A stretch of 64,000 nt of DNA from the NCBI GenBank assembly GCA_951406725.2, contig OX597824.1, forward strand, positions 30,876,001 through 30,940,000, written 5' to 3'. The notes below the pieces were generated by a model. That model saw nothing but the letters and a program-made list of their open reading frames with translations. It ran no database searches and was not told where the DNA came from. Origin of the DNA: Octopus vulgaris (lineage: Eukaryota). The translations under genes were made by a program, and so were the position numbers. Below, piece by piece: positions 40,401-53,391 of the stretch. Numbering within the stretch: position 1 is the first letter of the stretch; the number at the start of each line of letters is the position of its first letter.

Positions 40401-40769
40401 CTCTAACTCAAAGAAAAATCATACCTACATACGTACATACACATACATACATACATACATACATACATACATACATACATACATACATACATACATACAT
40501 ACATACATGCATACACACATACATACATACATACATGCATACACACATACATACACACATACATACACACATACATACGTACATATATAATGTAATCCGT
40601 AGAAATAATAATGGTAATTAAAAACAACACCACAGTCACAAATGATATTTATTACAAAAGCACAGATACACACCAGTACTTAAATTTTAAAAATCATTCC
40701 ACTCAACACGCACAAAACGCAACATCAGGTGCTGTCTAGCCGGGAAAATTTGCACTATAGTAGATGATC

Positions 40770-41230
40770 TAAATACCAGGAACATACGAATTATAAAACT
40801 CAAAGGATTTCTGCTCAAGCAAAAATACCCCCTGGTACCTATAGAAAATAGCATACAACGAGCAAAAGAGATACCTGTAGAACAACTTAGAGCAACACAA
40901 GAAAGACGAACTCATCAACGAAACACAATACATTTCTAGTAATAGACAATCCGCATCACCAAAACATTTTAACAGCATCAAAACAAATTTGCCAATCCTG
41001 AAACAAAGTAAAAAATTAAAAAGCGTTAATCAGACATCTTAAATTAAAGGCAACCACATTACCCAAAGAAACTATTAACAAAGGCAAAATTCAACATGAA
41101 CAAACAAGATAAAACATTCACAGTATCCAGGTGTAATAACATAGATGGAACGTGTCAACACAGGCATACTGGTAGTTGTATTAGAACAAAAAATGGACAG
41201 ATTTCGTACACTCGGGCTCATCACAGATTT
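40770..41230 (+). mobile_element. Penelope-like fragment (RT thumb/linker), degraded
   Basis: ELKGFLLKQKYP..EIPVEQLR..NLPILKQ..LLTKAKF, similar in layout to 20530-20720. Confidence 0.55.
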
Positions 41231-41936
41231 CGCATAAGACACATGCCTGCTCGAAGAATTTCATGTTTTGCCGCTTTATTTCTAGCGCTAAATGGCTTTT
41301 TTTTTTTTTATATCTAGCACTATGTCTTCCTCCATTTCTAAGTTAAGGATAAAAATAAAGCAACCCTGAAAAACACAAGTGATCCTTACACACACATGCA
41401 CAGAATAACAACTATGAAATAACGACAGCGGAGTGCACAACAAATATCAGCGATCTGACCGTCATCTGTACTCTTAACAAGAGATGCCAGTTAGTCTTTT
41501 ACATCTACAAGGCTTGTTCGTATTAGCCCGAGTTGCTGGATAATTTTTCGTTCCTTTAAAAATATTGTAGAAGGGAAACTTTTCATAGATTGAATTTTAA
41601 ATCCTAATCTCTATAGAAGTTTATTGTTTCAAGAAAACATTGAATTTGAATTACTTTTGATTATTACGATTAAAGATAACTTGGGCTGTAAATTCTGAGC
41701 CCGAGTCAGGCGCGCGTGAACGATGTCGAGAGAACGTCTGCTACGAATGATATATTTTGAAACAGGGCATCACTAAGACGCTGAACGAAAATAAATGAAC
41801 TGCGACCAGGCTCAATAAAAGGAGCCCGAGTTATTGACAGAAATTCCATACTCGAAGTCAGAGCTGGCAGAAATTAAATCAACTTGCAAATACACGTTCA
41901 ATTTACTAAATTAAACGTGTATTTGGAGTCGCCTGT

Positions 41937-41968
<32 letters not shown>

Positions 41969-42018
41969 TGTATGTATGTATGTATGTATGCATGCATGCA
42001 TGCATGCATGCATGTATG

Positions 42019-42052
<34 letters not shown>

Positions 42053-42439
42053 TGTATGTATGCATGCATGCATGTATGTATGTATGTATGTATGTATGTA
42101 TGTATGTATGCATGCATGCATGCATGCATGCATGCATGCATGCATGTATGTATGTATGTATGTATGTATGTATGTATGTATGTATGCATGCATATATGTG
42201 CACGTATTAAGTCAACAGATGAGATAAAGAGAATCTCTATAGAAAACACTTTGTAGAGCTTGAAACGAACTTAGTGTGAAGTGTGAATATCTTGTCTTGT
42301 ACTTTCGGGGTACAAGAAAGCAATCACTCACTAGCCGTTGCTTTAATAATCCAGAATCTCTGCCCGTCAGAAACAACAAGACGCAGACGTAAAATATATA
42401 TTACTACTTTATTCTCTTTCTTGGTAAACAATAACAATA

Positions 42440-42940
42440 AGTGTGTTATCTGATGTCCTTGGTTCTGGGCGCGCAAGGCTGAAAGTTAATCGATTGTAAT
42501 GTTTACAATGTCCAGCCGCTAAACCAGAAAGGGGTCAAGATGGCGTCGAACAGGGAAGTTGAATGTGGTCGGCAACAATTTGGTTAAAGGCATTCGGCCG
42601 ACTGCTGCTATCAACCGGAGAGAATATATGCGTGACCGCCGCCTTCAATCGCTGGGTCCCAAGTCGCCGCTTGCTGCTGCTAGTGGTCAAACGTTCTACG
42701 ACCCCCTTGCCTCGCTAACTACCACGATAGGCAAGCGGGTCGTGCTTCCGGTGGTTCGCGCATGCGCGAGAGGGCCCTTCCTTTCTCTGCCTTGGTAAAG
42801 GCACCAACACGCGCGAAATACAAATGGACGGTGCGCGAACGCGCACCGCTATAGGGTCACTACAAGCTCAAAAGATTTGAACTTACACTCCGATATCTTC
42901 ACCAAGGACTAATTCTTTTCTCTCCATCCAGAAGAACGAG
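42440..42940 (+). promoter_or_regulatory. CpG-rich promoter-like island with TOP/TCT-like start and short GT-AG intron
   Basis: YY1-like CAAGATGGCG 42536-42545, ETS CTTCCGG 42745-42751, NRF1 GCGCATGCGC 42758-42767, CTTCCTTTCTCT ~42777-42788, donor GTAAAG 42795, branch CTAAT + pyrimidine tract + CAG ending 42931. Confidence 0.55.
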
Positions 42941-43622
42941 GTCGGTACTTTACAATGTTTGTCTGTTTCCATTACTTGTTGCAAATTTTTGGTGAACTAC
43001 GCCTGCCAACCTTACTAAGTAACTCCGAGCACCCAGAAACAGATGTCGGACTTATAACATCATACATTCTCCCCTCTAATTCTCTGACTCTATGTGATCT
43101 CAGTAAGTTTATTCTATTAATTTATAAATATAAATACACATAAATGTCGAACAATCAGAATACATGTTTTTACCTGAATGTTAATCGACTGCAACTCATT
43201 CCGTTTTTGTCTTTTATTTATTTACATATATAAATGAATATATATTCTGTATTTCGAGCCCAAGGAGTTCTGTCTGTTTATTTGCAGCATTGTCTCTATT
43301 AATGCGCGTATATACATTCATAACTTATATATGTATAATGATATAAATGCATAAGAGTGTACATTATAATATACGTATAAGTATTACATATGTGGTCTGT
43401 TCACACATGTATTTATACATACATACACACACACACATATATAATGTATCTATATACGGATATAAATCTACGTGTATATAAAGATAAACAAACTAATATT
43501 TGTTTTTTATAAGCGCCGAAATGTGTATAGTAAGATGCAAATTTATTTTCGAACGCAGAAACGCCGTTACAACGGCAAGAATATTGGGTAAATTACCTTT
43601 ATAAGCAGAAAAAATTATCTAA

Positions 43623-43696
43623 AAACAGCCATGGGACACGAACCCACATCTCCTAAAGACTCCAGCCAAGTGCTTTACCCTTAAACTAAACTGCCC
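43623..43696 (-). other. tRNA-like sequence (pseudo-tRNA or SINE head)
   Basis: Minus strand GGGCAGTTTAGTTTAAGGGTAAAGCACTTGGCTGGAGTCTTTAGGAGATGTGGGTTCGTGTCCCATGGCTGTTT. D-arm and T-arm recognisable, anticodon stem poor. Confidence 0.55.
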
Positions 43697-43999
43697 ACTG
43701 AGTCTGCAATTTTAGACGCTATAAAGCTAAATGTACAACTACGTGTATATAAATATAAGCTAACATTTGTTTTTTCGTAAGATAGAAGTAAGATGATAAT
43801 TTGTTTCCGAACGCAGAAACACCGTTAGAACAGCAGAAATATTGGGTATATATATATATATATATGCACACACGCGCGCACACACACACACACTCGCGCG
43901 CGCCCCATGTTCCAATATCCGAGTCTGACTGCTGGTTTCTTACATTTTTTCCTTGTCTGTTTATTGTTTTTCTTAGTGCAGTGTTTACTGCTCACGATT

Positions 44000-44710
44000 C
44001 AGGATATTAGTTTCCCTATGCCCCACACACCCAATGGAGCAGGCGGGCTGTAACAAGACAGCACCTAAGTGACTGGGGACTACCCAGCTTAAGGTTGGCG
44101 GTAGCTGTCCAGTAAGGCACAATCGCCTCTCCCTCCGTCGAAAGCAGCCCATAGCGCTTTGCTCTTACACCAACCATGTGCAGGCTTCAAATCGGTAGAC
44201 TGCTGCTTTCTGTGTTTTGCTGCCGCGGTTAGACGACGCTGGAGTGTCTTCTCCAGGTCGCAGCCTTGAGCAGGTTTTTTTTATAGGAGATTGGCAGTTG
44301 CCCATGCAGCACGACTCCTCTCTCCACTGTCACTAGTGTTATCCAAGGGAAGGGCGGTGCCAATACGACTTGGCACCAGAGGGACCGAAGGAGTTGCCAG
44401 AACGAATTTATATATAGTATCAAACTGCTTTAGGGATTCCAGCTCCGGATTTATCCTCGAGGTTTACTTCCGAATCCTCTCCCTAAAGTAGGTATAGCTG
44501 CATGTAGGCGGAGTTATTATTACTGCTGTCTTAAACGGTAAGGTTTTAATACGCCACACAATTAATAAAGAGAGTTGCTTATTTGGATGGTCGTCGGCTC
44601 CTCAGAGTTCACACCAACTTTGGCAGATCTTGTATTTCATCCTGCAGGGTGACCAAATTGTAAGAAGAACACTGTGTATGGGGATGCCGGTTTAGCCGCC
44701 GACGGCCCAA
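44000..44710 (-). mobile_element. RTE-type 5' UTR/leader fragment
   Basis: Leader homologous to 38660-38790. Minus strand TAGGGAGAGG..TAAACCTC..TCCGGAG..TCCCTAA resembles RTE 5' UTRs (recall). Confidence 0.55.
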
Positions 44711-45239
44711 CACCTATGATTTGATAGTAAACAAAAGAAAAGAGAGAACGGGAGAGAGAGAGAGAGAGAGAGAGTAAGAGGGGAGAGAAAAGAAAGAGGA
44801 GTCGATGTCTGCAAGAGAGGGGTAGAATGAAGGAACACAACAGAGTTTAGAAATACTTTAGTTATAGAAGCTTAAAGGTTTAAATATCTCGTAGGGCAGG
44901 TACCTATTACTATTGTTATTGTTATTATTATTATTTTATTGTTATTTTAGAGTTGTTGTCCAAAGAAGGAATCCTGCAAAAATCGGCTAGACAGGCTGTT
45001 TGATTGATTTGGTAGTGGTAAGGGTGCGAGTGAAAGGTGTAACGGGAAGAACGGGAGTAACTTGGTCCAGCCATGACTGACTGAAGAATATTTTCTATAA
45101 TGATGATGATGATGGCAGCTCAGTAGTGAGTGGAAGGAGAGATAGAGAGAGGGAGAAAGAGATAAATAGAGAAAGCGAAATAGAGGGACAAATATATACA
45201 TGTAGATATATACATAGCTATATGAATATATACACCTCC

Positions 45240-45830
45240 CCTGGTCCAGGCCAAGTCTAACTTAATAGCACCACCTGATAGCATTATCTAAATCCTGTTT
45301 AAGTCAAGTTTTGTTTATGGTCTATCCAAGCAGTGAGTTCTTGTTAATTGAGTCGTATCCAGGTATGGGTGGCTTATCCGGTATTCCTTGAAGAAATATG
45401 TTCAGACTTCGTTTAAAGGTGATGGAATCCTTTTCCTCTTTGATCTCTTTCGGGATAATGTTAAACAGGGCAGGACCTGTTAAGGAAAAGAAATTATGTC
45501 GCAGTATACCTATATACTGTGATCCTGAATTGGGCAGGGGACGTGTGGCCCGTGGTTCCAGCTTTGGATGAACCTTGAAACTAATGTTCAGGTCGTTTGG
45601 GCTATGCTGGCGGTATATTCTCCACATCGTACAAATAATGTACCATCTCCTCAGAGGTAGAGTTTCAAGGCTTTAAGGCGGTCCCAATAATCGAGATCAG
45701 CCATACCTTTAATTCGTTTAGTGAGTGCCCTCTGGGGTGATTCAATCCTCCAAATGTTTTGTTTTGTATGGGGAAACCACAAGGGACAGCAGTATTCGAG
45801 GTTTGGTCGTACAAAGGAGGAAAAAAGTGG
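45240..45830 (-). mobile_element. CR1-like LINE 3' fragment, same family as 8638-9705
   Basis: RPNLEYCCPLW..DYWDRLKALKLY..FKVHPKL, plus the same 3' UTR. Confidence 0.92.
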
Positions 45831-45840
45831 ATTAGAGAGA

Positions 45841-45888
<48 letters not shown>

Positions 45889-46063
45889 AAGAGAAATAGA
45901 GAGAAAGAAGAAGGGACAGACAGACAGATAGATAGATAGACGTGCATATGACAAAAACAGAAGTGAGCACTGCGTGTTCGGTGTTTATCAAATATTCCTG
46001 ACATGTATGTTTACGCCACGTCAGTATCTGTGCTAGCAGTGTCAGTCAACCGTCTGTCAATGA

Positions 46064-46189
46064 ATGAGGATGGACATCAACCAACATACTTTCGTATTTT
46101 TGCTCACTCTTTTACTTGTATACAGCGTAGCCTATAGTTCATCTGAAAGCGAGTCAACTTTTCACGAAGAAAGTATTACGGATATAGAT
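46064..46189 (+). CDS. Candidate first coding exon of a secreted host protein (signal peptide)
   Basis: (MR)[40 protein letters not shown] then GTAAAT (phase 0). Upstream: GA tract, CCACGTCA and Inr-like TCAGT (46021). Confidence 0.5.
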
Positions 46190-46258
46190 GTAAATATTTT
46201 AAGATTATATTCATTTTATTCCGCATGCATGTATATATGTTTGTATGTGTGTGTATGC

Positions 46259-46338
<80 letters not shown>

Positions 46339-46709
46339 GCATACACACACGTAGATATGTATGTATATATATGTACATATATATATTTGTTTATATGTGC
46401 ATATATATATGTGTGTATGTGTACAGACACACACACACACACGTATATACAAGTATGAGGTGATGCTGAAAAATTCCTGGCTTGGGTGAAAAAAAAACAG
46501 GAAGACCAGTTAATTATGATTTTACACAACATATTCCCCTCTCATATTCCCAAACTTACTCCAACGGTCCTTCAGTTTTTCTAAGTTCTATAAAAGAACT
46601 CAGAAAGTTGGGCCCCCAGCCAGGCCTTTCGCGACACCCTTCAGCCTGGAACTTTTCAGCAACCGTCTTGTATATGTATTTGTATATGTATATATATATA
46701 TCTATCAAA

Positions 46710-47030
<321 letters not shown>

Positions 47031-47068
47031 CATACATACATACATACATGCATACATACATACGTACG

Positions 47069-47132
<64 letters not shown>

Positions 47133-47720
47133 TCAAATAAAATCAAAAACAGAACACAAAGATGTCGCGATACACGTGTTTCAAGCTTTATAAACGGCCT
47201 GTTCTTACATCAGTGTATAATAGATATAAAAGATGGTTTAAAGCTCTCTTCAGCCGCATACATTGTTATTCCAAAGAGTTACATCACACAATAAAAAATA
47301 GGAAAAGTACATATAGTGTTACCTATTATAATAGGTATATCATATATCCCTGAGAAAGTGTATTTGTAAACTTTCGTAACTATATAGGCGTGTAGGGGAT
47401 TATTGGATTTCAAAAATCTGTCCATACTGTATCACCAGTATCACCAGTCAACATAGACTCTATGACTCCCCTACACGTCTATATAGTTACGAAATTTTAC
47501 AAATACACTTTCTCAGGGAGATACGATATACGTATTATAATGGATAATACTACATGTACTTTTCATATTTTTTATAGTGGATGTAACTCTTTGGAATAAC
47601 AATGCATGCGGCTGAAGAGAGCTTTAAACCATCTTTTATATCTATTATACACTGATGTAAGAACAGATCGTTTATAAAGCTTGAAACATGTCTTCTGGTT
47701 TTCATTTTATTTGATATATT
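47133..47720. repeat. ~270-bp inverted repeat with hammerhead-like motif in each arm
   Basis: 47133-47400 is complementary to 47470-47720. Motif CTGATGT-AAG...CTT-GAAAC-AT-GTC at 47652-47692. Confidence 0.8.
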
Positions 47721-47863
47721 CTCTCTCACATCTGTCACTATCTGGCGTATACAGGTGCTTACACTTATCAAATATTCACCCTAAATTTTCAGTACCTACT
47801 ATATATATATATACATACATACATACATACATACATACATTTATACATACATACATACATACA

Positions 47864-47915
<52 letters not shown>

Positions 47916-48360
47916 GTAATTAAGGGTTTAGCAACGAATTGCCTCACCAACACACCGAATTTAGAAATAGCAGTCAAAGAGATATAGCTATTCCTTCTAC
48001 TAAAAGGGGGATCTCAGTAAAAACACAGCACTTGAAAGGCAAACACAGACAGGTAAGAAAGAAAGAATGAAATGACGGCAATCTATCATGCAATTTTAAG
48101 TTACCTACGGACGTACGTTTCGAGATCAAGTTTTAGGATAGCATAAGAATTAGAAAATTCTACTTTACCCAGACTTCTTCTCTCATCGGCGCAGGATACC
48201 ACAATTATGAATAATTGTATGCTATTTCTAAATTCGGTGTGTTGGTGAGGCAATTCGTTGCTAAACCCTTAATTACTTAGTATTACTTAAATTTTCCTCG
48301 AATGGGGCTTTTACATGCCGAAATCTACTTGGTGTAATTGATAATTATCCCTAATTAATT
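47916..48360 (-). mobile_element. Non-autonomous Penelope-like repeat with inverted duplicated end
   Basis: 47916-47971 is inverted at 48221-48277. Homologous to 12760-13150 and 1-95. Contains a hammerhead. Confidence 0.7.
48104..48195 (-). ncRNA. Type I hammerhead ribozyme (U4C core variant, long stem II insert)
   Basis: Minus strand: CCTGCG-CCGATGA-GAGA...TCTC-GAAAC-GTAC-GTC-CGTAGG. All three stems pair, palindromic GTAC loop, GUC cleavage triplet. Confidence 0.8.
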
Positions 48361-48375
48361 AATTTCACCCTTTAT

Positions 48376-48457
<82 letters not shown>

Positions 48458-48579
48458 TATATGTGTGTTTGTGTATGTGCATGTACGTGTATATCAAAGT
48501 AAGTTAATGAAAACACACACACATACATACATACATACATACAGACAGACAGACAGACAGACATGCATACATACATATA

Positions 48580-48850
48580 ACGCTGAGTAAAAAGTAAGCA
48601 ACGTTTTGAAGTATGAAATTCATCACAATATATTTCAACAATGCGGGAATTTTATTCATCAATATAAGTGCCATTAGAATCAGCACATTTTTGCCAACGA
48701 GTTAAAAGTTTGTTTATTCCAGTAACCTAAAAATCTGGTGTTCTGGATCTGATGAACTCTTTGAACGCACTTTCAGCATCGGTTTGATTTCTGAACTCCT
48801 TCTCTCGCAGGAAACCACCAAGGCGATTGAAAAGTGGTAGTCAGTAGGAG
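48580..48850 (-). mobile_element. Old mariner 3' fragment
   Basis: Minus strand ..TDYHF.., ..TRWQKCADSNG.. followed by a TIR-like end. Confidence 0.55.
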
Positions 48851-49351
48851 AAAGGGTTGGGGAATAAGCTGGGCAATGAAGAACTTCGTAACTTGGGAAT
48901 CTTTTGTCGCTTTAGACAAAAGTTTCTCTAAATCAAACAGATACCATACTAATTTTAATAGATACACAGAGAAGATACCATACGCTAAATCTACTAATTT
49001 AGCGCAGCATATGTGCCGCATTAATAACAGTAAAATGAGCCGACCGTCCAATAACCCACTTACTGACGCGTTAACTACTGTCCAATAACCCACTTACATG
49101 ACGCGTTAACTACTGCCAGCTCGACAAATAGAAAAGACAACAAATATATAGATCAAAATACCAAGGAACGAAATATAAAACAGAGTAAAAAACGCCCGCT
49201 TCGGCAACAACTTGATGATAGTAGTAATAGTGATATAGCCAACACAATAACAGCGCCAGGAAATGAAGTTAGAACTACTACATATACAACTAAACCTAAT
49301 AAATGCTCATGCAGAGAAAAATCAAAGTGATCTTTGATGAACCTATGTATG

Positions 49352-49686
49352 AATAATTATTCGGTAGCCATGATAAAACTCCGAGTTTCGGATGCCGAGG
49401 TGGAAATCCACCCTCACTTGAAAACATACACATCCTCACTCGCCAAATGTATATGTATATACATAACCCCACCCCACGCGCATTATAAAGGTTCATACAC
49501 ACTTACTTAGCTGTCATTCAAATAGCTCTTTTGTCTTAATAACGGTCAAGCACACTGTAATCTCCCTTTGTATAACGGTCATTTTTCATATCATTTTCCC
49601 GATGGCCGGATAGCTGAAGAGATGGCGGAGTGGATTTCCACCTCGGCATCCGAAACTCGGAGTTTTATCATGGCTACCGAATAATT
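49352..49686. repeat. MITE-like element with ~58-bp near-perfect inverted repeats
   Basis: AATTATTCGGTAGCCATGATAAAACTCCGAGTTTCGGATGCCGAGGTGGAAATCCAC and its complement at 49629-49686. Confidence 0.85.
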
Positions 49687-49720
49687 GTCACATATTACAT
49701 TTACAGATATATATCTATAT

Positions 49721-49768
<48 letters not shown>

Positions 49769-49789
49769 GTATATATATATATATATATA

Positions 49790-51066
49790 CGAGGGACGTT
49801 CAATAAGTAATGCTTCTGACCCACTTGCAATTGTTTGATCTAGCTGAAATTTTGCATGTGCAATTATTTATATCTCTATAGATTAAGTGGCTCTGTACTA
49901 ATTGTGGTTTCTGATTTACAGGTGTTTGAACAGAGTCAAGTGTGAAATGGAGTCAGTTGAGTGTCGAGCAGTGATCCGGTTTTTGTATTTGAAAGGACGC
50001 ACACCACGGGAGACTTTTGATGAAATGAAAGTAACTTATGGTGATGATGCCCCATCATATGACCTTGTAAAACGCTGGCATCGTGAATTTAAACATGGTC
50101 GGAACTCTGTGGAAACATCTCTCAGATCTGGTCGCCCCCCTTCTGCCATTGATGAGGCATCTGTCCGTCAAGTTGAGGCTGTCATTTTGGAAAATCGACG
50201 CATAACTATTCGCCAAATAGCCCATGAGGTCAAGATTAGTACCGGGTCTGTGGAAACTATCATTCATGACGATTTGCATATGCAAAAGGTGTCTGCCAGA
50301 TGGATTCCCAGGTTGCTCACACCTTTCCAGAAGCAAGAACGCGTCGAGTGCTCGAGGATGAATTTGGAGATGTGCCAAGAAGATGAGTCAAAATTTTTCA
50401 GAAGACTGATTACACAGGATGAAACCTGGGTCCATCGCTATGATCCAGAGAACAAAGCCCAGTCAATGCAGTGGAAGCACCGTGACTCACCTCCTCCAAA
50501 GAAGGCAAGGGTGCAGCCCTCCGCTGGCAAGGTCATGCTCACAGTCTTCTGGGACCAGGACGGAGTAGTGATGACATATTTCCTGGCAAAGGGTACCACA
50601 ATTACAGGAGCCTATTATGCTTCACTTTTGAAGAAATTAAGAGAAGCTATCAAAATCAAGAGGCAAGATCAGCAAAGGCATCCTCTTCTTGCAGGACAAC
50701 GCTCCGGTCCACAACTCGCGTGTCGCCAGATCAGAAGCACAGGCGTGCGGCTATGAACTCCTCCCCCATCCCCCCTACTCTCCTGACCTTGCACCCTCTG
50801 ATTTTCACCTCTTCCCAGCCATGAAGTTGTTTTTGAAAGGAAAGCGTTTCCCATATGATGCAGCCTTGATTTCTGAAGTCACGTCGTGGTTGGAGGACCA
50901 AACTGGGGTCTTCTACAAAAACGGTCTCCAGAGCTGCATCAAACGATGGGAGAAATGCGTAACTCTGGGTGGTTCCTATGTAAAAGAAGTCAAATAACTG
51001 TGCCAAGTTTCGTTGCTCTACTGCTATGGGAAGTGGGTCAGGGGCATTACTTATTGAACGCCCCTC

Positions 51067-51067
<1 letters not shown>
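49790..51067 (+). mobile_element. Full-length mariner, one frameshift in transposase (ATG 49947 to 50997)
   Basis: TIRs CGAGGG(A/G)CGTTCAATAAGTAATGC. WIPRLL, DETW, QDNAP, YSPDLAPSD (D,D34D). Short deletion near 50660. Same family as 13348-14595. Confidence 0.97.
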
Positions 51068-51105
<38 letters not shown>

Positions 51106-51109
51106 CATG

Positions 51110-51815
51110 TATGTAAGGTGCATCTCAGAAGTGTTGAGACTTTCTCAGGGAAAATATATATTGATTTTAATGAAGCACAAAACTCTAATTCTCTTTAAAA
51201 TAGGACCCTCTGTCCTTCAAAAGTATTCGTTGTAGAACACCAGCCACTTCGTAAAGTCCAGTGGAAGTCTTTCAAATGAAGGAGCCCAGGATACTTGTCA
51301 CAACCTCTTCCATTTTCTTCGGCTTGAAGAACATACAAATTTCACAAAGACCAAGGTCTGGATTGTAGGTAGGGTGAATGAGTTCCGATACCCATCTTTG
51401 TTATGTAGTGCGTTACCAGGATGGGACTGTGGACTGGTGCATTGTCATCGTGCAGGTACTCTGGCCTTTTGCGATGAAATCACTCCCTGAACCTCCACAA
51501 TGTACTGTTTGTTGGCCTCCTGGCCAGAGGGAATCCAGTGAAGCTAGACAATACCCTTGCTGTCGAAAAACAAGAGCTTCCAAATTGTCTTCATGTTTTG
51601 ACTGCATTCTGCAAAACTAGTCAGCTGTGACAAGTACGGTTTAACAGGTTGTGTTAATAGTGCTGTTATAGCCGTCGCCAATATGGAATGACAAAAGTTA
51701 GGAGGTCAGCTTATTAGATGTATATCAATGCTATACTAAAATTGCAATAATCTAGGATTGTTATAAATACATCTCCTAAAAAGGTTTCTCAAACTTCTGG
51801 AATGTGCCACATGTA
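51110..51815. mobile_element. Old internally deleted mariner-like element
   Basis: Imperfect terminal IRs GGTGCATCTCAGAAGTGTTGAGAC / TTTCTCAAACTTCTGGAATGTGCC. Confidence 0.45.
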
Positions 51816-51821
51816 TATAGA

Positions 51822-52030
51822 CGCAGGCTTGGGTGTATAGTACAAAGCTTGCTTTCCAAACGTGAGGTTTTAGATTTGGTCTCACGGTGTGGTCTTACCT
51901 TGGGCAAATTTGTTAACTAATCTAGCTCCGAGCATACCAAAGCCTTGTTTGTGGATTTTGCAGACAGAAACTTAAAGAAGCCCGTCCGTCCTCACTCTCT
52001 TACTTTCTCTCTCTCTCTCTCTCTCTCTCG
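51822..52030 (+). mobile_element. SINE family B (CORE-like), diverged 5' half
   Basis: Homologous to 52886-53050. Confidence 0.7.
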
Positions 52031-52456
52031 TATATATATATATAAGATATAGAAGGCATCTGTCAAATAATCCATGCATTGAGAATGAAACCAAAACCAT
52101 GTGATTGGAAAGAAGACTTCTTACCTCACAGCCACACCTCTCGTATGTGCATGTGTATGTATCTGTAGCAGTATATTTCTAGAAATTCGAGCACATACAT
52201 TCATTATAAGAATATCGGTATTTGTCAGTTTGAATTATTATTTTCCCTTATAGTGAACGAACTCGAATGTAATGCTTAGAGAATATTGTCCAACGCCACA
52301 TCAACATTAGCGTGTTACCAGTATTAGTCAACGGTTTGTGAAAGAGTAACTATATAATTTAATTAATAATCTTTTGCATTTTTACGCAGTATTTCACTTG
52401 TACACAGATTTAGTTATGACACACTAGAAAACAAAAACCCATTTCTTTCCCAACAG

Positions 52457-52522
52457 GATGTTAAGAAATTATTGGTGCCTGTTGAATCGACACCGAAGCA
52501 GCCGAACATTGACTCTGTGGAA
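52457..52522 (+). CDS. Candidate 66-nt phase 0-0 micro-exon (DVKKLLVPVESTPKQPNIDSVE)
   Basis: Acceptor TTTCTTTCCCAACAG and donor GTAAGT, open frame. Paralogous exon-like units at 17444 and 61780 carry stops in this frame. Confidence 0.45.
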
Positions 52523-52885
52523 GTAAGTCGTTTTTCAATTTTTATCAATATATTTTCAGTATCATTTTTCAAAAAAATAATCACAAATTTGAGTCGTTAT
52601 AGATTATATAGACATAAATTTCGTATCGTCATATTTCATTGGCATTTTTACTCCCACTAAGATGCTATAACTTCATAATATCATGTGATGGAGGTGTTAT
52701 TGCAAAACAAATATAGCGTATTAGAGCTAAGAAAACTTTCGATTCTGTCCACAAATTGGTTTCTTTTCATATTAGTGTTTTAACGAGAGTTACTAATGCT
52801 CATATATTTCTTTCCATTTTTCCATCATTTGAAGTAATAATTAAATTGACATTGATCGCTAACTTACATGTTTTCTCATGTTTAA

Positions 52886-53290
52886 GGTGCAGGAGGGGCT
52901 GTGGGGTAAGTAGCTTGCTTACCAACCACATGGTTCTGGATTCATTCCCACTGCGTGGCACCTTGGGAAAGTGTCTTCTACTATAGCCGCGGGCCGACCA
53001 AAGCCTTGTGAGTGGATTTGGTTGACGGAAACTGAAAGAAGCCCGTTGTATATATGTATATATGTATGTGTGTGTATGTGTACGTTTGTGTGTCTGTGTT
53101 TGTCCCCCCAACATAGTTTGACAACCGATGGTGGTGTGTTTACGTCCCCGTAACTTAGCGGTTCGGCAAAAGAGACCGATAGAATAAGTACTAGGCTTCC
53201 AAAGAATAAGTCATGGGATCAATTTGCTCGACTAAAGGCGGTGCTGCAGCATGGCCACAGTCAAATGAACTGAAACAAGTAAAAGAGTAT
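52886..53290 (+). mobile_element. tRNA-derived SINE family B (CORE-like CCTTGGGAAAGTG), full length
   Basis: A/B-box-like head, internal TA/TG repeat, tail AAACAAGTAAAAGAGTA. Inverse copy at 60408-60830. Confidence 0.88.
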
Positions 53291-53358
53291 ATTTTCATCA
53301 TGTCTATTGCCTACAAAATGTTGCTATACATACATACATACATACATACATACATACA

Positions 53359-53391
<33 letters not shown>

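Noticed and set aside
41884-42256. Many MYVC/HTYI/IYIY ORFs here and elsewhere
   Set aside because: Stop-free frames of (ATGT)n, (ATGC)n and (TA)n repeats.
42829-42856. GC hairpin as a Helitron 3' terminus
   Set aside because: No CTRR at the expected spacing and no Helitron body nearby.
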